NCBI GenBank assembly: GCA_964016885.1
Contig: OZ024744.1
Coordinates: forward strand, 79,670,001 to 79,734,000
Reading direction: 5' to 3'
Length of the DNA stretch: 64,000 bases
Origin: Eledone cirrhosa
Taxonomy: Eukaryota
Within the stretch, counting starts at the first letter, position 1; every line of letters begins with the position of its first letter. Below, in pieces: positions 28,906 through 38,845 of this stretch. The translations under genes and the position numbers were made by a program. The notes beneath the pieces are model-generated. The model had not been told where the DNA came from. It saw only the letters and a list, made by a program, of their open reading frames with translations, and ran no database searches.

Positions 28906-31900
28906 GGGATGGGATGGGTGGTGTAAGTATACTATTAGCTGACAAGTGGGTAGATAAAGTAATCTCAGTGTACAGGGTAAATGCAAGAATCATTAAACTC
29001 AGACTAGTCCTGAATAAGACAATTACCACAATAATATCAGCTTACGCACCCCAATCGGGGCTGCCAGACGAACTTAAGGATAGGTTTTACGAGTCCCTAA
29101 TACACACTACTGCTCTAACAGACGACAAGGACTTCCTAATCATTGCAGGAGATTTTAACGGACACGTAGGTAAACACTGCGACGGCTTCAATAGAGTACA
29201 TGGAGGCCATGGAGTTGGCACAAGGAATGAGGAAGGATTCAGACTTCTAGAATTCTGCGACGCCAATGACATGTCGATATGTAACACAAACTTTAAAAAA
29301 CCCGACAACCACCTGATCACCTATAGATCAGGGGAGCACTCTAGTCAGTTAGATTTTATCCTCATCAGAGGACGTGACAGATGGACGGTCGTAAACACAA
29401 AAGCCTTCCCTAGTGAGGAATGTACATCCCAACATAGCTTAGTTGTCAGCGACCTCACGGTCAGAACTAGACGAGCCCTGAAACAGAGGCCAACCTGGAG
29501 AAGAAAGATCTGGAAGCTGAAAGTCCCCTCAACCAGTAACAGATTTAAAGATATTTTACTCAACGCCTACGACAGTAAAGAAGAACAGATAGAGACATTT
29601 AACGTAGAAGAGAACTGGGAGTTCCTAAAAAATAACTTACTAGAGGCGACGGATGAGGTTTGTGGCTGGAGTAAGACCTCAAGCAGGAGGAGAGTGACTT
29701 GGTGGTGGAACAATAAGGTAGATGAAGCAGTCAAGGCCAAGAGACAGGCATGGAAAGAATGGAAGAACGGGGGGAGCAGGGTACATTACATAGAGACCAA
29801 GAGGGAAGCTAGGCGACAAGTATACTTAGCTAGGAGGGAAGCAGAGGATAGAAAATTCAAGCATGTTTTACAACGTGAGGACCAGAAACAGGAGGTATTC
29901 AAGATTGCGAGGCAGTGTGTCAGAGATAGTTGTGATGTCATTGGAGAGAAGTGTATCCGGAATGATAAAGGTGAGCTTGCCCTCACAAGTGCTGAGAAGA
30001 AAGATGCATGGAAGAGTCATTATGATAGATTACTAAATGAGGAGAATGCATGGGAAGAAGAGACCCTACCCCACGTAGACCCTATAGAGGGACCAGCAGT
30101 ACAAGTCAGCGGCAGCGTAGTAAGTAAGGCAATCAGAGATATGAAGATAGGGAAGGCAACCGGTCCATCGGGTATAGCTGCCGAGATGCTGAAGGCATCT
30201 GGGTCTGTAGGTCACACTATAACCACACGTATCGTTAACCAGGTAATACTAGAGGGGGCCATACCAAAAGATTGGTGCAGTAGCATCATTGTCAACTGCT
30301 ACAAAGGTAAAGGCGATGCACTAGATAGAGGAAACTATAGAGGTATAAAGTTGATGGACCAGGTCATGAAAGTAACAGAAAGAGTTATAGCACAGCTGAT
30401 TAGGGACCGGGTGAATATAGACGAGATGCAATTTGGGTTTGTACCAGGGAAAGGCACCACTGATGCCCTCTTCCTTGTGAGGCAATTACAGGAAAAGTAC
30501 CTAGCTAAAAGTAAGCCACTCTACTTGGCATTTGTCGACCTTGAGAAAGCCTTTGACAGAGTTCCACGTGCTGTAATCTGGTGGGCTCTTAGAAAACTAG
30601 GAGTAGATGAATGGCTTGTGAAAGCGGTACAAGCCATGTATAGGGGAGCAGTCAGCAAAGTTAGGATTGGCAATGAGTATAGCGAGGAATTTAGCGTACA
30701 GGTTGGGGTCCACCAGGGCTCTGTTCTTAGCCCTCTCCTGTTCATCATAGTCCTGCAGGCAATAACGGAGGAGTTTAAGACCGGATGCCCATGGGAACTC
30801 CTGTATGCTGATGACCTCGCACTCATAGCTGAATCTATGGTAGAACTAGAGAATAAATTCCAAACCTGGAAGCAGGGACTAGAGAGAAAGGGCCTCAAAG
30901 TCAACATGACAAAGACTAAGGTCCTTATAAGTAGACGAGAAAACAGAACCCAGATCCCCTCAGGGAAATGGCCTTGCTCAGTATGTAGGAAAGGTGTAGG
31001 TAGAAACTCCATTCTCTGCCCCAAATGCAAACAATGGGTACACAAGAGATGTAGCGGGATCTCAGGAAGCTTAATTAAGAATGTAGGATTCACATGCAGC
31101 AGCTGTGCTGAAACAGCAAGCAAACAGCCACAGGAAATAAGTACCACCAATCTCTGGGAGGGCCCTGTAGAAACAGTAGACAGCTTCTGCTACCTAGGTG
31201 ACCGAATTAGCAATGGAGGTGGGTGCTCAGAAAGTACAATAACTAGGGTAAGAACGGGATGGAAGAAGTTTAGGGAACTACTACCACTGCTAGCTGCAAA
31301 AGGCTTCTCCCTCAGAATGAAAGGCAGACTGTATGATGCGTGTATCCGAACAGCGATGTTGCATGGTAGTGAGACCTGGGCGCTGAAGGTGGAAGACTTA
31401 CGTAGATTAGAGAGAAACGAAGCCTGCATGCTCCGATGGATGTGTAACAGTAATATACGTGAACGACAAAGCATAAAGGAATTGAGAGAGAGACTGAGCA
31501 TAAGAGGAATCAAATGCTGCGTGCAGGAGAGGCGGTTACGCTGGTATGGACATGTGATGCGTATGAAGGATGACAGCTGCATAAAAAGGTGCAGAGCACT
31601 AGAAGTTGATGGAAACCGCGGAGTGGGGAGACCCAAGATGACTTGGGATGAGGTGATAAAAGCCGACCTTACCCAACTACACCTCTCAAAGTCAATGACA
31701 CACGACCGTGACTTCTGGCGTCACGCAGTAATACAGGGTACCCGACCTCCCATGGGTACATGCTGAAGCATATAAACAATATCCCCCCCCCCCCACCGCA
31801 AGGTGGTCGTGGAGGTGCCACGGCAAAAAAGCACCCAGCCCACACTGTAAAGTGGACGTGTAGGCGCCACGAAAAAGCACCCAGCACTCACTGTAAATGA

Positions 31901-32066
31901 GGTTGGTGTTAGGAAGGGCATCCAGCTGTAGAAATCAAGCCAGATCAGTTCCTGTATGAGCAAGGCATGGTCAGCCGACCAGACACTGCCCACAACAGGA
32001 CAACCCGTCTAACCCATGCTAGCGTGGAAGAACGGACGTAAAACGGTGATGATGATGATGATGATG
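28906..32066 (+). mobile_element. Young, slightly 5'-truncated RTE-clade LINE with (GAT)n tail
   Basis: Intact ORF, ~280-bp 3'UTR, (GAT)n at ~32047-32066, putative TSD ATAGTAT at 28899-28905 and 32067-32073. Confidence 0.95.
28914..31766 (+). CDS. RTE ORF: AP-endonuclease (N-terminally truncated), reverse transcriptase and C4HC3 PHD-like finger, 950 aa
   Basis: Motifs AGDFNGHVG, SQLDFIL, TSQHSLV (APE); VDLEKAFDRV, GVHQGSVLSP, LYADD (RT); CSVC..CPKC..HKRC..CSSC; no stops. Confidence 0.95.
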   Translation: MGGVSILLADKWVDKVISVYRVNARIIKLRLVLNKTITTIISAYAPQSGLPDELKDRFYESLIHTTALTDDKDFLIIAGDFNGHVGKHCDGFNRVHGGHGVGTRNEEGFRLLEFCDANDMSICNTNFKKPDNHLITYRSGEHSSQLDFILIRGRDRWTVVNTKAFPSEECTSQHSLVVSDLTVRTRRALKQRPTWRRKIWKLKVPSTSNRFKDILLNAYDSKEEQIETFNVEENWEFLKNNLLEATDEVCGWSKTSSRRRVTWWWNNKVDEAVKAKRQAWKEWKNGGSRVHYIETKREARRQVYLARREAEDRKFKHVLQREDQKQEVFKIARQCVRDSCDVIGEKCIRNDKGELALTSAEKKDAWKSHYDRLLNEENAWEEETLPHVDPIEGPAVQVSGSVVSKAIRDMKIGKATGPSGIAAEMLKASGSVGHTITTRIVNQVILEGAIPKDWCSSIIVNCYKGKGDALDRGNYRGIKLMDQVMKVTERVIAQLIRDRVNIDEMQFGFVPGKGTTDALFLVRQLQEKYLAKSKPLYLAFVDLEKAFDRVPRAVIWWALRKLGVDEWLVKAVQAMYRGAVSKVRIGNEYSEEFSVQVGVHQGSVLSPLLFIIVLQAITEEFKTGCPWELLYADDLALIAESMVELENKFQTWKQGLERKGLKVNMTKTKVLISRRENRTQIPSGKWPCSVCRKGVGRNSILCPKCKQWVHKRCSGISGSLIKNVGFTCSSCAETASKQPQEISTTNLWEGPVETVDSFCYLGDRISNGGGCSESTITRVRTGWKKFRELLPLLAAKGFSLRMKGRLYDACIRTAMLHGSETWALKVEDLRRLERNEACMLRWMCNSNIRERQSIKELRERLSIRGIKCCVQERRLRWYGHVMRMKDDSCIKRCRALEVDGNRGVGRPKMTWDEVIKADLTQLHLSKSMTHDRDFWRHAVIQGTRPPMGTC

Positions 32067-32469
32067 ATAGTATATATTACATTATTTATTATGTATCAAT
32101 TAATGATTTTATTTATTATATATTATTTACAATTTGTGTGTAGGCAGGTCTTTCTGGAAATAGAGATACTGGGCGCTGAGGATATTATGTAGCCGTGAGG
32201 GGGGTGGCGGTGGCCAAAAAAGTTCTAGAACCTCTGAGTTAGTTCATTCAGATGATAGCCACATCAACATAGGTGCCTATTGTAACTGAATAGTATCTGG
32301 GTAACAAACAATCACATTTTAAAGATATAACAGATTCCATATAACATGACATGACACCACAGCTCCAGTCACAGATGACAGCCACTACATCAACATAGGT
32401 AGCTATATTAACTGTATGGTACCTGGTTAATTAACAACCACAATTTAAAGGTAGGTATAATATATTCCA

Positions 32470-32804
32470 GGTGGCGAATTGACAGAGTCGTTAAAAGATC
32501 AAATAGAATGCTTTTTAGTATTTGTTCTGGCTTTCTGCTCTCTGAGTTCAAATCCCGCCGAGGTCAACTTTGCCTTTCATCCTTTCGAGGTTGATAATAA
32601 AAAAGTACCAGTTAAGTACTGGAGTCAATTCTTCCTCTATAAACTCATTTCCTCTCTCTCACTTTCTATCTTTTTCTGGAAGAAATCTGCTGTACTCAGG
32701 CCTGGAGAGGGACGGGCTCTGCCAGGCTTAAAAATGCCCAAGAAATGCTGTATGACAATACAACACCCCTACAAGTCTATCAGGAGTTACGGGACCATAC
32801 ATAC
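32470..32804 (+). mobile_element. Meta-like SINE with (CCATA)-type tail and 13-bp TSD
   Basis: B box GAGTTCAAATCC, GCCTTTCATCCTTTCGAGGTTGATAA; TSD ATAATATATTCCA at 32457-32469 and 32805-32817. Confidence 0.85.
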
Positions 32805-33110
32805 ATAATATATTCCATATAAAATGAAACCCTACTGTAATAGCCACTACATCAATATAGGTATCAAAATTTAAAGGTATTACATATTCCACATGAAATG
32901 ACATGATGCCACATCTGACATGGAATTAATTTACATAAAGAAATTTAAAAAAAGATAATTTGAAAGATTCTTAATCCAAAGCAGTTACAAATAAGTTTGT
33001 TTTTCTTTTCTTTTTTTGTCTATATAAAAAAATACCCCCCCCCCCCAAAAAAAAACAAGGAAAAGACTATTGGCTTTATGTAATTTTCTAATATTTGATA
33101 TTTAATTAAA

Positions 33111-33210
33111 AATTGTTTCTACTTTTGGCACAAGGCCACCAATTACCCAGTGTATTTCTGGTACTTTATTTTATCGACCCTGTAAGGATGAAAGGCAAAG
33201 TTAACCTCTG
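33111..33210 (-). mobile_element. Truncated family-M SINE
   Basis: Tail and central domain only. Confidence 0.75.
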
Positions 33211-33376
33211 CTTAATTAATAATGAATTCTATTGATGCAAATAGTTGAATATTTCAGGGATTGTTTTAATTGTTTTATTTGTGTCTTTGTTTCTACGTAA
33301 TTCAAAATATTGAATCTTTTTTTTTTTTATTTATTCCTTTGCTATATAAAACTTCTGAAAGAGGTTCTCCATTCTT

Positions 33377-33408
<32 letters not shown>

Positions 33409-33983
33409 CATTTGTATTTGAATGGATATTACCCCCACCCCCACCACCCCACACATGTGAGAGTGCTTCTTTGTGAAATTGCAAACCAATCCAACCCAAC
33501 CCATGTTGAAATAGTTTAAAAAAATAAAATTAATTAATTAAAATTAAAAGAAGTATATTAAAATGATGATGCCAATGATGATATTTTCAAATCTTAGAGG
33601 TTTTTTTTTACAAAAATATGTTGGTCTTGTATAATAATCTTAAAAAAATATAATGAAAATTATTGTGTACAGTGCTCAGATGCACTATATGTTACAATTG
33701 TTTCATTAGAGTACGTTTGGTAACTCCTAGCTGGAAAAATATATATATTTTAAAGAATGGTGCAGTGTGACCACAATGGTAATTTTAAGGTTTAGGGAGG
33801 TTTACGCTTAATGAGAACTGCTATTTAGTTGATACTATGATTGCAAAGACAACTTCTGCTTCAGGGACCTTAAAGGTCAATTGTTTTTTCTGTCTAGCAA
33901 TAAAATACAAGTATATATCAGCCATGTTGTTTTCAAAGTTCACTTTTATGCATATATGAACACACACACACACACGTAAATGA

Positions 33984-34338
33984 CACATGGTTGTGCAATG
34001 TCAATGTGCATGAACGACCAAGCAGAGACGAGTTGAGAGTGAAACTGTGTGTATGAGGGATAGGCTGTAGTGTGCGGGAGAGAAGACTGCATTGGTATGG
34101 ACATGTGGTGTGCATGGAAGCTGACCGCTAGGTAAAGAAGTGCCAAGAAATCCCAGTGAAGGAAGATGCAATCGAGGAAGACCACGAGAAACATGGGCAG
34201 AGGTGGTGAGAGCAGACCTCAGATCACTGAAGCTCACGGAGGAGATGACGAAGAGATGCTGTGCTTAATAAGACCAATCCCACCCTTGCAAGCAAGGAAA
34301 AGCGGATGTAATATGATGATGATGATGATGATGATGAT
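33984..34338 (+). mobile_element. RTE LINE 3' fragment with (GAT)n tail
   Basis: WLCNVNVHERPS...RRLHWYGHVVCME; homologous to 46020-46330. Confidence 0.85.
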
Positions 34339-34586
34339 ATATGTATGTATTGTTATACTTTGGGAGGATCATGCTGTCAATAAAAACACATGCAACTGTT
34401 GGTTTTCATTTCAATTTATTACAAATTTATAATAAATTGAAGTGAAAACCAACAGGTGCCTGTGTTTTTATTGGTAGCATGACCTTCCTAAAGTATAATA
34501 ATATCTACTTCAACATATGATTTCAGATAAGAAATCTTACAAAACAAATTAAAAAACGAAGTATATATATATATTATATATTTTTT

Positions 34587-34701
34587 TATAGAAATGGCTT
34601 CTGCGGGGCTAGAACTATTTCATTTGTATGAAATCATCAGGAATGCCCTGATGATTTCATACAAACAAAACAGTACTAGTCCTGTAGAATCCATTTCTAT
34701 A
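34587..34701. repeat. Palindromic element with two back-to-back degenerate hammerhead cores
   Basis: Arms are reverse complements centred on TCATCAG-gaatgcc-CTGATGA; same family as 18230 and 61763. Confidence 0.7.
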
Positions 34702-34956
34702 TTAAATTTTTTAAGTTTTCACTCTAAAATTGTATTGAGTACCTTGAGTACTTTTAATCACTGTGGTTATCTACATATATATTGCAGAGAGATATATTGC
34801 TTATAAGTAGTTGTTACATCGTAACTTCTTGACTTCTTGAGGATAAGCCAGTATATATTTATATATATATATATATATAAGTATGTACACGTACATACAT
34901 ATATGTATACAGACGTACAGTAGTATGTATATATATATATACATACATGCACACAT

Positions 34957-35945
34957 ATATATATGTACATATGGATTCACCGAACATTTATTATAATGCT
35001 TGGTGTGTTTGTAAACAAACATCCCGTATTAAGCCGTACAGTGTCTAGCAACCATCGTTGCTCGTTTGTTCAACACTGACAAAGGAACGCTGTACTAGTT
35101 TCAAGCTTATTAGCTATCGTCAGCAACGTATACCTTCCTGCCAGATTATTGAACGTATATACTTACCTTATGCATATTAACGGCTGAGTAGCCTAATTTG
35201 CATATCGAGTGGGTTAATCGGCCGGGTGCACCGAAAACGATAAACGGAAAAAATGAAACGAAATTTCATTTCCCACTCTTAGTACGGCTGTTACTTAAAT
35301 ATAAGTATGTACACGTACATACATATATGTATACAGACGTACAGTAGTATATATATATGGTGGCTGCCAACTCGTTTTCGAGTACGGCCACTACTTTATA
35401 TCCATGTAGGAGAACCCCTACTGATGCACTGAACGAGTGTGACTTTTTAGTCCAGCCAGCGACTTGAAAACTCTGGTACAAACACTACACTTGTGACAAT
35501 TATTGACACATAGTGCTGGTATCATGTGACGACAAGAGAGATCTCCAGATATAAAGCAATGCCTGTGCCGTGAAGCTTTTATAGTGAGTAAAGGCACTGC
35601 ACGAAGCCAGTCCCACTCTATTAACCAAGATGATATTTACCAAAAAGAAGAACAAGTCAACATCATTGGATACCATCAGGGTTGCAGGTGTTATATCAGA
35701 GTATTCCTTCTCCTAGAATTCTGCCTTGACAAAGGCTAAGGGGTCATCTCTCCCGACGATTTTGGATGGTCTTAAGAGCTCCTTTTCCCTTATATATATA
35801 TACATACATGCATACATATATATATATACATACATGCATACATACATGGTTGCTAGACACTACGGCTTAATACGGAATGTTTGTTTACAAACACACCGAG
35901 CATTATAATAAATGTTCGGTGAATCCAAACGTACATATATATATG
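34957..35945. mobile_element. Unclassified element bounded by ~95-bp inverted repeats
   Basis: 34957-35055 is the reverse complement of 35846-35945 (ggattcaccgaacatttattataatgct...gtgtctagcaaccat). Confidence 0.6.
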
Positions 35946-36174
35946 CAGAGTTTAAAAAGCAGAGTTTAAAAAGCAAGGACCAAGTCCAGTCCATAGGTTG
36001 ACATTATCAAGCCATAGTTTTGTTTGCCAACCTCTGCTTCTCTTACCAGCCAACCTTCCTTCCAGGCATAATCTACTCACACCACGAGTTGATCTTTTTA
36101 TATGACCATATAGTTTGAGTACTCTTGACTTGAAATTGATGTAATTGGTCTAAGTTTAGTAATGTTGAGCAGCT

Positions 36175-36595
36175 CACTAATAGGAAACTTCAAATGATAG
36201 GAAACTCGTGTACTCTTTTACTTGTTCCAGCCATCCAGCACTGCCCTTGTTGCTACACATTCTATCTCTAGCCTGTAAGAGGGAGTTTGTTGCTGCTGCC
36301 CTTAGATTACCTTCGTACCGTGCTGTGGGCTCATCTGGGATCCATGGATAGCAGGGTGTCAAGATGTTTCTTGAAAACATCCACGTCCACACCATGCAGA
36401 TCTCTCAAATTTCTTGGCAGCTTGTTGAAGAGTTGAGGGCCTTTGAACCCCAGGCTATTGCAACATCTGTTCCTTATTAAGATGTGAAAGACGGGACCTT
36501 TGGCACCACATAGTGACGTCCTGTTCAGGGGTTGGTCCAGCTCTCAATGCCAAAGTTTGGTGCTAATACCTCCAGGATTTTCCACATATATATCA
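36175..36595 (-). mobile_element. CR1-group LINE 3' fragment
   Basis: Minus strand: IYMWKILEVLAPNFG...SLGFKGPQLFNKLPRNLRDLHGVDVDVFKKHLD / PDEPT...RAAATNSLL. Confidence 0.75.
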
Positions 36596-36627
36596 ACTCG
36601 TGTGTCACTTGTCTATATATATATATA

Positions 36628-37929
36628 CAGGGTGTGGACGATATTTGTTTGCAATTTTCAACTGCTAATTTTATGCAAATTTTTTTTACTTCCATTGTCA
36701 CTCTTGTCTTCATAAAAACAGTGACTATATTTCCATTATTTATTTTCAGAATAATTGATTATGAATAATTTTGAACCTCCAAGTTTGTGGAAGAGACACG
36801 GAGTTCTTCTTGGAATCCGCGCCGGAAGGACAAATAAGGAAATTTCAGACTTTCTCAGCGTCAGCAGAAGAATGGTGTAAAGGGTCAGAAAGGAATTGGA
36901 AGATTCAGGATTCGACTACGAAGCAACATCAGAGAGGAAAACACATGATCGACGATCTGATGCCTTCAGAACGCCCGAGTTCGTCGCTGAAGTTCAGGAT
37001 ATCATCAACAATGAACCTAGCAAGTTGATGCATGCCATTGCAAGGGAGAAAGGCGTGGATGAAAAGCTCATTAGGTTGGTGGTACATGAAGACATTCGCT
37101 ACGTTTCATACAAGATGAGAAAAGGACAATTTCTGTCAAAGGCGATGCAAGAAAAGCGACTGAAGCACGCAAAGAAGCTGATCAGCAAGTTGAAACACCC
37201 ACTGGAGCCAGACATGCTGTGGTTTTTCTCCGACGAGAAAAACTTCTGCCAAGACCAGAAGATCAACTCCCAGAACAACAGGTGGCTCGCTGTCTCATCC
37301 AAAGACATGCCCAGAGTCATGCAGACAAAGTTTCCAGCGACAACATTGGTCTTAGGTGTCGTCAGCAGTCAAGGTGACGTCATGCCACTTCACTTCTTCC
37401 CCGAGGGCCTCAAGCTGAACACCGATGGCTACATCCGTGTTCTGAGCGAGGTAGTAAAGCCCTGGATCGACCAGGTAGCTGCAGGTAGGCTGTACGTGTG
37501 GCAGCAAGACTCAGCGCCCTGCCATACAAGCTGAAAGACCCAAGCCTGGCTGTCAGAGAACTTCGTCGACCACGCTTCACCTGACATCTGGCCTCCCAGC
37601 TCGCCTGACTGCAACCCCCTCGACTTCTTTGTGTGGGGTACAGTGAAACGAGACACCAACAGATCTAGCTGCAATACGAAAGACAATCTGAAGGCCAGAA
37701 TCACAAGTGCCTTTAGGGGCCTAAGTCGGGGGACAGTGACAAAGGCATGTAGCCATTTCCGAGGCCGCCTTGAGGCCGTCATCAAAGCCAATGGCGGGTT
37801 TATCGAGTGAGATCGAAAGAACAAGTCATGAAGACAAACTGACCCAAGTTTGATAAATATATCTTAAAAAATAAAACTACTATATTTTCCTAGACAGTAA
37901 TCTTGCAAACAGATATCGTCCGCACCCTG
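36628..37929 (+). mobile_element. Full-length Tc1/mariner transposon, DD37D (maT) family
   Basis: TIRs CAGGGTGTGGACGATATTTGTTTGCAA / TTGCAAACAGATATCGTCCGCACCCTG, TA-flanked inside (TA)n; 1302 bp. Confidence 0.93.
36761..37810 (+). pseudogene. DD37D transposase (349 codons) with two in-frame stops
   Basis: Single frame from ATG 36761; stops TAA 36878-36880 and TGA 37532-37534; FSDEK, QQDSAPCH, WPPSSPDCNPLD with 37 residues between the 2nd and 3rd D. Confidence 0.9.
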
Positions 37930-38845
37930 TATATATATATATATACACTCACTCACATACACACGCACACAACCATATAAATAACAACATACGCGTCCAC
38001 AGACGCCTGCCTACATGCCCACGTACATCAGCTCTCACACACACACACGCACACGCATACATGCACACACACATGCATACGCGTATATCTACTCATATAC
38101 ACATACACGTACAGACATATACATAGACACGCACATACACACACTTGTCCGTATATACAGGCACAAAGACAGACTCGCTCCCAAGTACACATATATATGT
38201 ATATGTACACACACATAAATATACACACAAACAAGGCCTTACCCTACAGTAGGTGCACGAACACACACACACACACACTGGCTCATATACACTCAAACAA
38301 ATACGCGCCTATTAGCTACATGCCCACGTACATCTACAAAGATACCTACATACATATATCTGTCCGTACTCAGATATGATATACTCACAGAGTCATATAA
38401 ATCTACACAATGGGTCATACAGGGTCATCCATGAAAGGATGCATCTTGTTATACACATGCACAAATATAAACAATGTAACCAAATACAGACATCCATGGA
38501 TGTATGTCTAATGATTTTGGAGCATATTCTCTCAGTGAGAGAATATGCTCCGAAATCATTAGACGTGTCCGTCGAACCTGCGGGTCCAGAATCAGACAGA
38601 TCCACACAATGATCACGTCTCAAGCTGTCCGCCAGCGAAACAATTGTAACACACAATAAATTGAGTACAGATGCATCACTGATTTTTCGTTTTCTATTCT
38701 ATTCTATCATACTCTGCTCTGTAAGAGCATAGAGTGCTCAACCGGCATACCGCCTATGGAAGCATCTTAGCTACCATCAGACACATATATATATATATTA
38801 TATATATATATATATATACAATATATATATTTTTACTCAATAAAC

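Larger units (their letters stand above)
28467..32236. mobile_element. hAT MITE shell expanded by two nested RTE insertions
   Basis: TIRs CAGAGGTTCTCAAA...TTCTAGAACCTCTG; 8-bp flanks tgttagtt (28459-28466) and agttagtt (32237-32244) match at 7/8. Confidence 0.7.

Noticed and set aside
29087-31993. Minus-strand ORFs overlapping the RTE (e.g. 30521..31150, 31190..31636)
   Set aside because: Antisense shadows of the RTE coding frame with no independent motifs.
36878-37534. Rescue of the transposase stops by A-to-I editing
   Set aside because: TAA would need two edits, both codons would become Trp at positions likely to be Gln/Arg, and nothing in the sequence supports it.
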